This document shows, in pieces, positions 1 through 9,881 of a stretch of DNA of 64,000 nucleotides (its first letter is position 1; every line of letters starts with the position of its first letter). A program made the position numbers and the translations under genes. The DNA lies in contig JBFFEY010000011.1 of the NCBI GenBank assembly GCA_041558415.1, positions 3,927 through 67,926 on the forward strand, read 5' to 3'. The notes below the pieces were generated by a model. The model was not told where the DNA came from. It ran no database searches and saw only the letters and a program-made list of their open reading frames with translations. Source of the stretch: Burkholderiales bacterium. GTDB lineage: Bacteria; Pseudomonadota; Gammaproteobacteria; Burkholderiales; SG8-39.

Positions 1-172
1 CGCAAAACCCGGCGCCGCTGCCGTGCAGCAGCAGCGCCGCGGGCGGTGTTTCCTGCGCCGCTGCCTCCAGCGCGGCCAGCAGCTGCTCGGTGGTGTCGAG
101 GTCCAGCGCGTTGCGCACCTGGGGGCGATCGAGCACCAGCTCGCGCACGCACCCGTCGTCGACGATCTTCAT
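1..172 (-). CDS. Enoyl-CoA hydratase/isomerase family protein (5' part; runs off window start)
   Basis: Not in ORF track. Hand translation from ATG at 172 gives MKIVDDGCVRELVLDRPQVRNALDLDTTEQLLAALEAAAQETPPAALLLHGSGAGFC, with crotonase-type 'LDRP..RNAL' and 'G.G..FC' motifs. Starts 4 nt after the metZ stop. Confidence 0.8.
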   Translation of the reverse strand, partial: MKIVDDGCVRELVLDRPQVRNALDLDTTEQLLAALEAAAQETPPAALLLHGSGAGFC

Positions 173-176
173 GACT

Positions 177-1352
177 TCACCCCGACAGCCCTCGCGCCAG
201 GTCGGCGCACAGGTCAGCCGGCGCCTCGAGGCCGACCGCGACCCGCAGCAGGCCTTCACCGATGCCCGCCGCGGCACGCGCCTCGGCGCTGATGCGGCCG
301 TGCGTGGTGGTCGCCGGGTGCGTAATCGTCGACTTGACGTCGCCCAGGTTGGCGGTGATCGAGAGCAGGCGTGTCGCGTCGACCACGCGCCAGGCCGCCT
401 CGCGCCCGCCCTTGACGTCGAACGCCACCACCGCACCGGCTGCCTTCTGCTGGCGCTTCGCCAGCACGTGTTGCGGGTGCGATTCGAGCCCCGGGTAATA
501 CACGCGCTCGATCCCGGGATGGGCCTCGAGCCAGCGCGCGACGACCAGCGCATTGGCCGATTGCGCCTGCATGCGCAGCGTCAGCGTTTCGAGGCCTTTC
601 AGGATGACCCAAGCATTGAACGGTGACAGCGTGGGCCCGGCCGCGCGCAGGAAGGCAAACACGCCGTCCATGACCAGCGCGCGCGGTCCGACGACGGCAC
701 CGCCCAGTACACGCCCCTGACCGTCCAGATACTTGGTCGCCGAGTGCACCACCAAGTCCGCGCCAAGTTCGAGCGGGCGCTGCAGCGCCGGCGTGCAGAA
801 GCAATTGTCGACCACCAGCGTTGCGCCGACGCGCTTCGCCACCGCGGCGATGGCCGCGATGTCGGCGACCTCGGTAAGCGGATTGGAGGGCGTTTCGAGG
901 AAGAACATGCGGGTGTTGGGACGCACCGCGGCCGACCAGGCCTCGCGCTCATGGCCCCGCACGAAGCTGGTTTCGATGCCGAAACGCGCCAGAACCGTGC
1001 CGAACAGCTGCACGGTCGCACCAAAGACGGCACTCGAGCAGACGACATGATCGCCCTGCTTCAGCAGCGCCATCGCGGCGGCGAGAATCGCCGACATGCC
1101 CGAAGCCGTCGCCACGCAGGCTTCGGCACCCTCGAGAGCGGCAAGACGGTCCTGCAGCATCGACACGGTGGGATTGCTGAAGCGCGAGTAGACGAAACCG
1201 TCTTCGGCGCCCGCAAAGCGCGCCGCGGCCTGGGCAGCGCTGTCGAAGACGAAGCTGGAGGTGAGAAACAGCGCCTCGGCGTGCTCGTTGAATTCCGTGC
1301 GGACCTGGCCGGCCCGCACGCCGAGGGTTGCAAGCTCGAAAGTGTCTTTCAT
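177..1352 (-). CDS. metZ: O-succinylhomoserine sulfhydrylase
   Basis: Cys/Met PLP enzyme motifs YSRFSNPT and HSATKYLDG. Start reassigned to MKDTFELATL (ATG 1352, SD GAGGAAGG). Follows purF and carries a SAM riboswitch. Confidence 0.93.
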   Translation of the reverse strand: MKDTFELATLGVRAGQVRTEFNEHAEALFLTSSFVFDSAAQAAARFAGAEDGFVYSRFSNPTVSMLQDRLAALEGAEACVATASGMSAILAAAMALLKQGDHVVCSSAVFGATVQLFGTVLARFGIETSFVRGHEREAWSAAVRPNTRMFFLETPSNPLTEVADIAAIAAVAKRVGATLVVDNCFCTPALQRPLELGADLVVHSATKYLDGQGRVLGGAVVGPRALVMDGVFAFLRAAGPTLSPFNAWVILKGLETLTLRMQAQSANALVVARWLEAHPGIERVYYPGLESHPQHVLAKRQQKAAGAVVAFDVKGGREAAWRVVDATRLLSITANLGDVKSTITHPATTTHGRISAEARAAAGIGEGLLRVAVGLEAPADLCADLARGLSG

Positions 1353-1376
1353 GATCCCTTCCTCGGCTTGCAGGCA

Positions 1377-1407
1377 CAAAAAAACCCGGCTGCGGCGACC
1401 GGGTTTT
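1377..1407 (-). terminator. Intrinsic terminator in metZ leader (riboswitch expression platform)
   Basis: Minus strand AAAACCCGG-TCGCCGCAG-CCGGGTTTT followed by further Ts, between aptamer and metZ start. Confidence 0.8.
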
Positions 1408-1414
1408 CTCGGCA

Positions 1415-1464
1415 CGCTTTAGCAGCATTTTTTACGCGCCCGCAAGCTGTGTTCAAATCGGCGC
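1415..1464 (-). ncRNA. SAM-II riboswitch aptamer
   Basis: Minus strand GCGCC-GATTT-GAACACAG-CTTGC-GGGCGC-GTAAAAAAT-GCTG-CTAAAG. P1 is GCGCC/GGCGC, the pseudoknot is CAGC/GCTG, and the conserved GAUUU, UUGC, AAAU and CUAAA segments are present. Lies upstream of a Met-biosynthesis gene. Confidence 0.85.
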
Positions 1465-1471
1465 AGCGCAC

Positions 1472-1500
1472 ATTGTAGCGGCAGTGCGCCGCGGCGCCAA
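1472..1500 (-). promoter_or_regulatory. Putative sigma70 promoter for metZ leader
   Basis: TTGGCG (1500-1495), N17, TACAAT (1477-1472), positioned to start transcription just before the aptamer. Confidence 0.6.
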
Positions 1501-1530
1501 GCCGGACGGGACGATCGCGCGGCAGCCGCG

Positions 1531-3051
1531 CTAGGAGGCAGTGACCAGGTTGAGGTCGAGCTGTGGGCCTTCGTCGCCCTCAAGCGTATCGCGCGCCGCG
1601 TCGCGCCGCAGCTCGATGGATTCCAGGTAATCGCTCGTCACGTCGCCGGTGATGTAGTGACCGTCGAAGCACGAGGTTTCGAAGCGCGCCAGGCGCGGAT
1701 TGACGGCACGCACCGCCGCTTTCAACGCCTCAAGGTCCTGGTAGATCAGTGCATCGGCACCGATCTCGCGGTTGACCTCCTCGTCGCTGCGATGCGCGCC
1801 GATCAGCTCGGAGCGCGTTGGCATGTCGATGCCGTACACGTTCGGAAAGCGCACCGGCGGCGCCGCCGAGGCGAAGAACACCTTGCGCGCGCCGGATTCG
1901 CGGGCCATCTGCACGATCTCGCGGCTGGTGGTGCCACGCACGATCGAGTCATCCACCAGCAGCACGTTCTTGCCCTTGAACTCCATCGCCATCGCGTTCA
2001 GCTTCTGCCGCACCGAACGTCGCCGCACGGCCTGACCGGGCATGATGAAGGTGCGGCCGATGTAGCGGTTCTTTACGAAGCCTTCGCGGTAGGGCACGCC
2101 GAGCCCGAGCGCCAGCTGCAGCGCCGCCGGGCGGCTCGAGTCCGGGATCGGGATGACGACGTCAACGTCGAGCTGCGCGTACTGCCGGCGAATCTTCTCG
2201 GCGAGCATTTCGCCCATCTTGAGCCGCGTCTCGTAGACCGAGGCGCCGTCGATCACCGAGTCCGGTCGCGCGAGGTAGACGTACTCGAAGATGCAGGGAT
2301 TCAGGCTGTGCGCCGGCGCGCACTGCTGGCTGAACAGGTTGCCCTGCTCGTCAATGAGCACTGCCTCGCCCGGCGCGATGTCGCGCAGCACGCGGAAACC
2401 GAGCGCGTCGACCGCCACGGACTCCGAGGACACGATGTACTCGGTGCCCTCGCGCGTTTCGTTGTAACCGATCACCGCCGGCCGGATGCCGTAGGGGTCG
2501 CGGAACGCCAGCAGCCCGTAACCGGCGATCATGGCGACCACCGCGTATGCGCCGCGGCAGCGGCGGTGCACGTTCGCCACCGCCGAAAAGATGGTCTGCG
2601 GATCGAGTCGCAATCGCACGGAGGTCTGTTCGAGCTCGTGCGCCAGCACGTTGAGCAGGACCTCGGAATCCGAGTTCGTGTTGATGTGCCGCAGGTCCTG
2701 GCGGAACATCTCGTCCATCAACTGATCGGCATTCGTCAGGTTGCCGTTGTGGCCCAGCACGAGGCCAAAGGGCGAATTGACGTAAAACGGCTGCGATTCC
2801 GCCGAATTGTGTGCCGAGCCCGCGGTCGGATAGCGGCAGTGCGCGATACCGATGTTGCCCGGCAGCGAGCGCATGTTGCGCGTGCGGAACACGTCGCGCA
2901 CCATGCCCCCGCCCTTCTGCATGTGGAAAGTCTTGCGCTCGGCGGTGACGATGCCGGCGGCGTCCTGGCCGCGGTGCTGCAGCAACAGCAGCCCGTCGTA
3001 GAGCAGCTGGTTAACCGGGGAACGCGCAACGATTCCGAGTATCCCGCACAT
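1531..3051 (-). CDS. purF: Amidophosphoribosyltransferase
   Basis: N-terminal MCGI (Ntn Cys), QHRGQDAAGI, and PRPP-binding VLLVDDSIVRGTT. Confidence 0.98.
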   Translation of the reverse strand: MCGILGIVARSPVNQLLYDGLLLLQHRGQDAAGIVTAERKTFHMQKGGGMVRDVFRTRNMRSLPGNIGIAHCRYPTAGSAHNSAESQPFYVNSPFGLVLGHNGNLTNADQLMDEMFRQDLRHINTNSDSEVLLNVLAHELEQTSVRLRLDPQTIFSAVANVHRRCRGAYAVVAMIAGYGLLAFRDPYGIRPAVIGYNETREGTEYIVSSESVAVDALGFRVLRDIAPGEAVLIDEQGNLFSQQCAPAHSLNPCIFEYVYLARPDSVIDGASVYETRLKMGEMLAEKIRRQYAQLDVDVVIPIPDSSRPAALQLALGLGVPYREGFVKNRYIGRTFIMPGQAVRRRSVRQKLNAMAMEFKGKNVLLVDDSIVRGTTSREIVQMARESGARKVFFASAAPPVRFPNVYGIDMPTRSELIGAHRSDEEVNREIGADALIYQDLEALKAAVRAVNPRLARFETSCFDGHYITGDVTSDYLESIELRRDAARDTLEGDEGPQLDLNLVTAS

Positions 3052-3109
3052 GCCGATCGCCTAGCGTGTATTCGCGCACTGCGCGCCCGCGAGCGCTGCG
3101 TCCGAAGCA

Positions 3110-3601
3110 TCAATCATAGCGCAGGCGCGCAGCGAAGGTCTGCGGCAGCCAGGGTTTTACAGTCATTGCGGCCCGCGCGAGTGGCGCGCCCGCAACCGAA
3201 TCGCGCCACAGCGGCTGCTGCGGCAGGGCCGTCAGCCCGGCCAGCAGGGCAAACGCCAGCACGATGAGGGCGCCCCGCGCAATGCCGAACAGGGAGCCGA
3301 GCGTGCGGTCGAGTCCGCCGAGACCGATCGCATGCACGATCTTCGAGAGCACCAGACCGAGCAGGGTCGCCACCGCGAGCGCGCCGATGAACACGGCGAG
3401 GAAGGCGACCAGCACGCGTAGCTCGGGCGAGGGTATGGATTCCGGCATGGTCTCGCCGAGCGGACCAGCAAACAGGTTGGCGGCAAGAAAGGCGATGATC
3501 CAGCCGAGGATGGAGATGATCTCGCGCACCAGCCCGCGCCAGGCTCCCCAGATCAATGACACCACCACGACGCCGAGGACCCCGTAGTCGAGCCAGGTCA
3601 T
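3110..3601 (-). CDS. cvpA: CvpA family membrane protein
   Basis: MTWLDY...GAWRGLVRE and DRTLGSLFGIARG motifs; directly upstream of purF. Start reassigned to ATG 3601. Confidence 0.93.
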   Translation of the reverse strand: MTWLDYGVLGVVVVSLIWGAWRGLVREIISILGWIIAFLAANLFAGPLGETMPESIPSPELRVLVAFLAVFIGALAVATLLGLVLSKIVHAIGLGGLDRTLGSLFGIARGALIVLAFALLAGLTALPQQPLWRDSVAGAPLARAAMTVKPWLPQTFAARLRYD

Positions 3602-3608
3602 CCCGTCG

Positions 3609-4205
3609 TCAGGACCTCTCGATGACTTTGCCCGGCTTGAGGCCCATGCCCTTGAGCTTCTCCTGGGCACGGTCGGCCGCGGCACGGTTCGCGAACGGGC
3701 CGACGCGCACCCGGGTCACGGGTCCCTGCGCGGAGGCAATCGGCTCCGTGTAATACGGTATCTTCGCGGCGGCGAGCCGCTCGGTGAGCGCCTTGACCTT
3801 GTCTGGATCGGCGAGCGCCGCGACCGGCACGACGAACTCGACGCCGCGCAGCGCCGCTTCTGCGCGCGCCCGCTCCGCCGATTCGCTGCGTGGCGCCGTC
3901 TTCGGTTCCGCGCGCTTCGGCGCCGCTTCGACCTTCGCCTGTGGCGCAGCCGGCGCCGGCTTGGCACTCTCCGTCGCCGCGGCGCTCGGTGCGGGCGCAG
4001 GCGCAGGCGGCGTCTCCAGCTTCGGCGTGAACTTGGCGTCGTCCTCGGGCGGGATGCGCACGCTCACGGTCGGTTCGGTCTGGCGCGGCTCGCTGTCAAA
4101 CACCATCGGCAGCACGATCACCGCGAGTAGGACGAGGGCCACGGCGCCGACCAGCCGGCGACGGCTGCGACGCTTCAGGGTATTCACATCCAGAGCTTCA
4201 GCCAT
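3609..4205 (-). CDS. dedD: SPOR-domain cell division protein (DedD-like)
   Basis: KRRSRRRLVGAVALV N-terminal anchor, Pro/Ala linker, C-terminal SPOR (TRVRVGPF). Sits between folC and cvpA. Start ATG 4205. Confidence 0.85.
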   Translation of the reverse strand: MAEALDVNTLKRRSRRRLVGAVALVLLAVIVLPMVFDSEPRQTEPTVSVRIPPEDDAKFTPKLETPPAPAPAPSAAATESAKPAPAAPQAKVEAAPKRAEPKTAPRSESAERARAEAALRGVEFVVPVAALADPDKVKALTERLAAAKIPYYTEPIASAQGPVTRVRVGPFANRAAADRAQEKLKGMGLKPGKVIERS

Positions 4206-5490
4206 CGATCGAAGAACGGTGTCGCGTCGACGCGAGATGGGCTGCGACCTCGCCGACTGTGAGAAAGGAACCGAACACCACGATTCTATCATCGTCACCT
4301 GCTTCCTCGAGCGCGGCGCGGAACGCCGCGCGCGGATCCGGGTGACAGCGCAGCGGCGACTGCACGCCGCAGCGACGCAATACCCTTTCCAAGTGCTCGG
4401 CGCGCGCGCCGCGCGGGCCCGGCAGCGAGGCCAGCTGCCAGCGCGTCAGGCGCGGCGCGATGGCGCGGACCACGCCCTCGATGTCCTTGTCGCCAAGCAT
4501 GCCGAGCACGCCGATCGTCTCGCGCGCGTAGCCGGCCGCGCCGAGGTTCGCCGCCAGCGTGCGCGCCGCCTGCGGATTGTGCGCCACGTCGAGCACCACC
4601 GAGGGTCGCCCGGGCAGCACCTGAAAGCGGCCGGGCAGCGCGACACGCGCCAGACCCTGGCGGACGTCCTGCATTGAAACCGGCAAGCGGCCGTGCAGCG
4701 ACTGCAGCGCGCAGATGGCCGCGGCGGCGTTGGCCAGCTGCGCCCGTCCGCGCAGGGCGGGATGGGCGAGACTGGCGCGGCGCCCGTCGGGCCCCCAGTA
4801 GCGCCACTGCGCGCCCTGCGCCTCGAAGCCGAAGGCCTCGCCGAGCCGCAGCAGCTGCGCGCCGACGGCCCGCGCAGCCTGCAACACGCTCTGCGGCGGA
4901 TCGGCATCGGCAATCACGGCCGGCCGTGCCGCGCGCAGGATGCCGGCCTTCTCGGCTCCGATGGCCTCGCGCGTGGCGCCGAGGTACTCGCTGTGATCGA
5001 CGTCGATCGCCACCAGCACCGCGCAGTCCGCGTCGATGACGTTCACGGCGTCGAGCCGGCCACCGAGACCAACCTCGAGCACCACCGCGTCCGGCCGCTC
5101 CCGCTGGAACAGCCAGAGTGCCGCCAGGGTGCCGAACTCGAAGTAGGTCAGCGCCACTTCGCCCCGTGCCTGCTCCACCGCCGCGAACGCCGCGCACAGC
5201 GCCGCATCGCTCGCCTCGCGCGCGTCGATGCGCACGCGCTCGTTGTAGCGCAGCAGATGGGGCGAGGTGTACAGGCCGGTGCGGTGGCCTGCGGCGCGCA
5301 GGATCGCCTCGAGCATCGCGCAGGTCGAACCCTTGCCGTTCGTGCCGCCGACCGTGATCACCGGGCACGTCAACTCGAGCGCCAGTCGCCGACGCACCTG
5401 CCCGACGCGCTCCAGTCCGAGCGCGATGCTCGCCGGATGCTGGCGCTCGATGAACGCCAGCCACTCGGCGAGCGTACGCGCGGTCGCCAA
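4198..5490 (-). CDS. folC: Bifunctional folylpolyglutamate synthase/dihydrofolate synthase
   Basis: VGGTNGKGST P-loop, LEVGLGGRLDAVN, LDVAHNP. Probable TTG start at 5490 (LATARTLAEWL); start uncertain. Confidence 0.95.
   Translation of the reverse strand: MATARTLAEWLAFIERQHPASIALGLERVGQVRRRLALELTCPVITVGGTNGKGSTCAMLEAILRAAGHRTGLYTSPHLLRYNERVRIDAREASDAALCAAFAAVEQARGEVALTYFEFGTLAALWLFQRERPDAVVLEVGLGGRLDAVNVIDADCAVLVAIDVDHSEYLGATREAIGAEKAGILRAARPAVIADADPPQSVLQAARAVGAQLLRLGEAFGFEAQGAQWRYWGPDGRRASLAHPALRGRAQLANAAAAICALQSLHGRLPVSMQDVRQGLARVALPGRFQVLPGRPSVVLDVAHNPQAARTLAANLGAAGYARETIGVLGMLGDKDIEGVVRAIAPRLTRWQLASLPGPRGARAEHLERVLRRCGVQSPLRCHPDPRAAFRAALEEAGDDDRIVVFGSFLTVGEVAAHLASTRHRSSIDG
4283..4291 (-). 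promoter_or_regulatory. Putative internal extended -10 promoter (TGnTAGAAT) inside folC for dedD-cvpA-purF
   Basis: TGATAGAAT on the minus strand about 80 nt upstream of the dedD ATG. The same 9-mer lies upstream of ndk. Confidence 0.45.
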
Positions 5491-5509
5491 GCCTCGCCCT
5501 GTCCGCGCT

Positions 5510-6382
5510 TCAGTCGGCCCGGTCGGCCGGCAGGTCCTGCAGCATGGCGAGCAGCTTCGCCAGCCGCTCACGCAGCTCGCGCCGGTCGACGATCATGTCG
5601 ATCGCGCCCTTCTCGAGCAGGAACTCGGCACGCTGAAAACCCTCTGGCAGGGTCTGGCGTACCGTCTGCTCGATGACGCGCGGGCCCGCGAATCCGATCA
5701 GTGCCTTCGGCTCGGCGATGACGACGTCGCCCAGCATGGCGAAGCTGGCCGATACGCCGCCCATTGTCGGATCCGCGAGCACCGAGATGAACGGCAGGCG
5801 CCGCCCGGCGAGCTCGCTGAGCGCTGCCGTGGTCTTGGCCATCTGCACCAGCGACAGGAGACCTTCCTGCATGCGCGCCCCCCCGGAGGCCGTGACGCAG
5901 ATGAACGGCAGCTTCTGCTCGAGCGCCAGGCGCACGCCGCGCACGAAGCGCTCACCGACCACCGAACCCATCGAGCCGCCCATGAAGTCGAACTCGAAGG
6001 CTGCGCAAACCACGCCGATCGACTGGATTGCGCCCTGCATCACCACCAGCGCATCGCGCTCGCCGGTCTGCGTCTGCGCCTCGGACAGCCGCTCGGGATA
6101 GCGGCGCGAATCCTTGAACTTCAGGCTGTCGACCGGTTGCACCTCGTCGCCAATCTCGAAGCGGCCGTCGGCATCGAGCAAGGCGTCGAGGCGCTCGCGC
6201 GCCCCCAGGCGCTCGTGGTGTCCGCACTTGGGGCAGACGTTGAGGTTGCGCTCGAGGTCGGTGCTGTAGAGCACCGCATCGCAGGACGGGCACTTGGTCC
6301 ACAAGCCTTCGGGTACCGTCTTGCGCCCGGATCCGGAGGAACGCTGGATCTTCGGCGGCAGCAGCTTCTGTAGCCAGCTCAT
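5510..6382 (-). CDS. accD: Acetyl-CoA carboxylase carboxyltransferase beta subunit
   Basis: Zn finger CPSC...[31 protein letters not shown]. Confidence 0.98.
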   Translation of the reverse strand: MSWLQKLLPPKIQRSSGSGRKTVPEGLWTKCPSCDAVLYSTDLERNLNVCPKCGHHERLGARERLDALLDADGRFEIGDEVQPVDSLKFKDSRRYPERLSEAQTQTGERDALVVMQGAIQSIGVVCAAFEFDFMGGSMGSVVGERFVRGVRLALEQKLPFICVTASGGARMQEGLLSLVQMAKTTAALSELAGRRLPFISVLADPTMGGVSASFAMLGDVVIAEPKALIGFAGPRVIEQTVRQTLPEGFQRAEFLLEKGAIDMIVDRRELRERLAKLLAMLQDLPADRAD

Positions 6383-6403
6383 TACGATCCTCCCGGAAGG
6401 CCT

Positions 6404-7207
6404 CTACTGCGGCGCATCGAGCGCGGCGCGGATCGGCGCCAGCAGCGCCTTGACGCGGGCCACGGCGTGCTCGGGGCCCGCCGCCTCGATCTCTTGAATG
6501 ATACGGCTGCCGATCACCACGGCATCCGCGCTGCGGGCGATGTTTCGGGCCGACTCCGCGTCGCGAATGCCGAAGCCGACGCCGATCGGCAGCCGCGTCG
6601 CGGCCCGGATCGCCGGTACGCGCGCCGCCACCTCGGTCAGGTCGAGATGACCCGCGCCGGTGACGCCCTTGAGCGAAACGTAGTACAGATAGCCGCTGCC
6701 GATGCGGGCGACTTCCTCGATGCGCTTTTGCGTCGAGGTCGGTGCGAGCAGGAAGATCGGATCAATGCCGTGGCGCTTGGCGGACTCGGCGAAGCGCGCG
6801 CATTCCTGCGGTGGATAGTCGACGACGATCAGACCGTCGACGCCCGCAGCGGCGGCCGCGTCGAGGAAGCGCTCGACGCCCATCGCCTCGATGGGATTCG
6901 CATAGCCCATCAGCACCAGCGGCGTTTGCGCATCGCCGCGGCGGAACGTGCGCACCAATTCGAGCACGTCTTGCAGACCGACACCGAGCTTCAGCGCGCG
7001 CTCGCTCGAGCGCTGGATCACGGGTCCGTCCGCCATCGGGTCGGAAAACGGCACGCCCAGCTCGAGGATGTCGGCGCCCGCCTCTACCAGCGCCTGCAGC
7101 AGCGCCACGGTGAGCGCCGGCGTCGGGTCGCCCGCCGTAATGTAGGGGATGAGCGCCTTGCGGCCCTGCGCGCGCAGCGCCTCGAAGCGTTGCGGGATGC
7201 GCGACAT
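6404..7207 (-). CDS. trpA: Tryptophan synthase alpha chain
   Basis: [33 protein letters not shown]. Confidence 0.98.
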   Translation of the reverse strand: MSRIPQRFEALRAQGRKALIPYITAGDPTPALTVALLQALVEAGADILELGVPFSDPMADGPVIQRSSERALKLGVGLQDVLELVRTFRRGDAQTPLVLMGYANPIEAMGVERFLDAAAAAGVDGLIVVDYPPQECARFAESAKRHGIDPIFLLAPTSTQKRIEEVARIGSGYLYYVSLKGVTGAGHLDLTEVAARVPAIRAATRLPIGVGFGIRDAESARNIARSADAVVIGSRIIQEIEAAGPEHAVARVKALLAPIRAALDAPQ

Positions 7208-7209
7208 TG

Positions 7210-8409
7210 TCAGAAGCGGATACCGGAGCGCTCGGCGACCGTGTGCATGTCCTTGTCGCCGCGCCCGGAAAGATTCACCAGCAGCAGCGCATCACGCGGC
7301 ATGCTCGGCGCGATCTGCGCTGCGTAGGCGATCGCGTGGCTCGACTCGAGCGCCGGAATGATGCCCTCCAGGCGACACAGGTCGTGGAAGGCCTGCAGCG
7401 CAGCTTCGTCGGTGACTGCCGCGTACTCCGCGCGACCGCTGTCCTTCAGCCAGGCATGCTCCGGCCCGACGCCCGGATAGTCGAGGCCGGCAGAAATCGA
7501 GTGCGTCTCGATGATCTGGCCGTTGGCGTCCTGCAGCAGGTACGTCCGGTTGCCGTGCAGCACGCCGGGCTGACCGGCGCAAAGCGACGCGGCGTGCTTG
7601 CCGGTCGCGAGGCCCTCACCCGCCGCCTCGACGCCGATCAGGCGTACGCCCTCGATACCGATGTACGGATAGAAGATGCCCATGGCATTCGAGCCACCTC
7701 CGACACAGGCGATGACGGCGTCCGGTTGCCTGCCGGCCAGCGCCGGCATCTGCTCCAGGCACTCGCGCCCGATCACCGCCTGAAAGTCGCGCACCATCAT
7801 GGGATAGGGATGCGGCCCCGCGACCGTGCCGATGATGTAGAACGTGTTCTCGACGTTGGTGACCCAGTCGCGCATCGCCTCGTTCAGAGCGTCCTTCAGG
7901 GTCTTCGAGCCGGATTCGACCGGCACCACGCGCGCGCCGAGCAGTTTCATACGGTAGACGTTGGCCGCCTGGCGCTTGGTGTCCTCCACACCCATGTACA
8001 CCACGCACTCCATGCCGTAGCGCGCCGCAACCGTCGCGGCGGCGACACCGTGCATGCCGGCGCCAGTCTCCGCGATGACGCGCGGCTTGCCCATGCGGCG
8101 CGCAACCATCGCCTGGCCGACCGTGTTGTTGATCTTGTGCGCGCCGGTGTGGTTCAGATCCTCGCGCTTGAGGTAGATCTGCGCGCCACCCAGCTGATCG
8201 GAGAGACGCTTGGCATGGTAGATCGGGCTCGGCCGGCCGACGTAATGCTTGAGCTCGTAGGCGAGCTCCGCCGCGAACGCAGGGTCCGCGCGGCAGGCTT
8301 CATAGGCGAGCGTCAGCTCCTCGAGCGCCTGCGACAGCGTCTCGGCGACGAAGACGCCGCCATAGTTTCCAAAATGCCCGCGCGCGTCGGGCAGGTCATA
8401 CACCTGCAT
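7210..8409 (-). CDS. trpB: Tryptophan synthase beta chain
   Basis: [16 protein letters not shown] (PLP Lys), [24 protein letters not shown]. Confidence 0.98.
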   Translation of the reverse strand: MQVYDLPDARGHFGNYGGVFVAETLSQALEELTLAYEACRADPAFAAELAYELKHYVGRPSPIYHAKRLSDQLGGAQIYLKREDLNHTGAHKINNTVGQAMVARRMGKPRVIAETGAGMHGVAAATVAARYGMECVVYMGVEDTKRQAANVYRMKLLGARVVPVESGSKTLKDALNEAMRDWVTNVENTFYIIGTVAGPHPYPMMVRDFQAVIGRECLEQMPALAGRQPDAVIACVGGGSNAMGIFYPYIGIEGVRLIGVEAAGEGLATGKHAASLCAGQPGVLHGNRTYLLQDANGQIIETHSISAGLDYPGVGPEHAWLKDSGRAEYAAVTDEAALQAFHDLCRLEGIIPALESSHAIAYAAQIAPSMPRDALLLVNLSGRGDKDMHTVAERSGIRF

Positions 8410-9016
8410 CGTTTACCTCGGCGATGAACGCTTCGATCATTGCGGCGCCTTTGATTCCTTTCGCAACCTCGACACCGGTGGACACATCGACACCCCAGGG
8501 TCTGACCAGGCGCAGCGCCTCGCGGACGTTGTCGATCGTCAGCCCCCCCGACAGGATCAGCGGCCGATCCCGCTCGGCCGGCACCAGGCGCCAATCGAAG
8601 CGCGATCCCACGCCACCATAGGCCTCCACGTAGGCGTCCGCCAGCCAGCCCTGCGCACCCTTGAACGGGGCGAAATATTCTAGCAAATCAGTGCCCTCCC
8701 TTACCCGGCAGGCCTTGATGTAGGGCACGCCGAACTGCGCGCAGAACGGCGCATCCTCCTCGCCGTGAAACTGCAGCGCGTCGGGTCTCACTTCGGCGAG
8801 GACGCGCTCGACCATTGCGCGTTCCGGATTGACGAACAGCGCGACCGCGCTGACGAAAGGCGGCAGCGCCTCGCGCAGGCGCCGCGCCTGCTCGTATGAA
8901 AGACAGCGCGGGCTCGGCGGGTAGAACACCAGTCCGATCGCGTCCGCGCCGGCACGCGCCGCGGCCAGCGCATCCTCGATCCGTGTGATACCGCAGATTT
9001 TCACCCGCACGCGCAC
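8396..9016 (-). CDS. trpF: Phosphoribosylanthranilate isomerase
   Basis: [26 protein letters not shown]. Confidence 0.97.
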   Translation of the reverse strand: MRVRVKICGITRIEDALAAARAGADAIGLVFYPPSPRCLSYEQARRLREALPPFVSAVALFVNPERAMVERVLAEVRPDALQFHGEEDAPFCAQFGVPYIKACRVREGTDLLEYFAPFKGAQGWLADAYVEAYGGVGSRFDWRLVPAERDRPLILSGGLTIDNVREALRLVRPWGVDVSTGVEVAKGIKGAAMIEAFIAEVNDAGV

Positions 9017-9019
9017 GGC

Positions 9020-9811
9020 TCAGGCGTCCAGCGCGAGCAGCTCGGGGGCCGCGCGTCGTTGCGGCAGTCCCCAGCGCGCCTCGTACTCGATCGTCTCCAG
9101 GTACAGTCCTTCCGCGCCGAAAGTCGGCGCCCCAAGGCTGCGGTCGCGCGCGTCGAGCAGCTCGCGCATCCAGTGCGGCGGATAGCGCCCCTTGCCGACA
9201 TAGACCAGCGCGCCCACCAGATTGCGTACCATGTGGTGCAGGAAGGCGTTTGCCCGCACGACGAAGTCGATGCGCTCGCCGCGCGGTTCGATGCCCAGGG
9301 CACTCACCGTGCGCACCGGCGTTTTCGCCTGGCATTCGGACGAACGGAACGCGGAAAAGTCGTGCTCGCCGATCACGTGCTGCGCGGCGGCGCGCATGGC
9401 ATCGACGTCGAGCGGTGCGTGAAACCAGCCCACGCGTCCCGCCGCGAGCGCGGGCCGCACCGCGCGGTTGATCAGCACGTAGCGGTAGCTGCGTGCGCGG
9501 GCGCTGTAGCGCGCATGAAATGTGGCATCGACCGGCGACGCCCACAGCACGGCCAGCGACGATGGCAGCAGAGCATTCACGCCGCGCACCCAGGCAGTCA
9601 TCGGCCGCGCCACTTCGGCGTCGAAATGCACGACCTGCTCACGGGCATGTACGCCGCGATCGGTGCGCCCGGCCGCGACGACCGACAGTGCGGCGCCGGC
9701 GATCGTCGTCAGGGCTTCCTCGAGCGCGTCCTGCACCGTGCCGCCGTCCGGCTGGGTCTGCCAGCCGAGAAAGCGGCTGCCGTCGTACTCGAGACCGAGT
9801 GCGATTCGCAT
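9020..9811 (-). CDS. truA: tRNA pseudouridine(38-40) synthase
   Basis: MRIALGLEYDGSRFLGWQ, AGRTDRGVHA, FLHHMVRNLVG. Start reassigned to ATG 9811. Confidence 0.97.
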   Translation of the reverse strand: MRIALGLEYDGSRFLGWQTQPDGGTVQDALEEALTTIAGAALSVVAAGRTDRGVHAREQVVHFDAEVARPMTAWVRGVNALLPSSLAVLWASPVDATFHARYSARARSYRYVLINRAVRPALAAGRVGWFHAPLDVDAMRAAAQHVIGEHDFSAFRSSECQAKTPVRTVSALGIEPRGERIDFVVRANAFLHHMVRNLVGALVYVGKGRYPPHWMRELLDARDRSLGAPTFGAEGLYLETIEYEARWGLPQRRAAPELLALDA

Positions 9812-9881
9812 GTCGTTAAGGTTAGCCCACGCAGCGGCGCCCGGCACCGCGCTGTGGTGGCCCGGCTCGCGCGGGCGAGGA

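Noticed and set aside
1657-3267. Long opposite-strand ORFs such as 1657-3267(+), 7207-8427(+), 17083-18990(+), 27659-29950(+), 46415-49102(+), 59030-60556(-) and 61417-63180(+)
   Set aside because: They are antisense shadows of well-supported genes, have Arg/Ala/Gly-rich low-information translations, and are expected in high-GC DNA with few stop codons.
3110-3601. cvpA as evidence of a bacteriocin system
   Set aside because: It is a conserved housekeeping gene in its usual position upstream of purF; no colicin or immunity genes are present.
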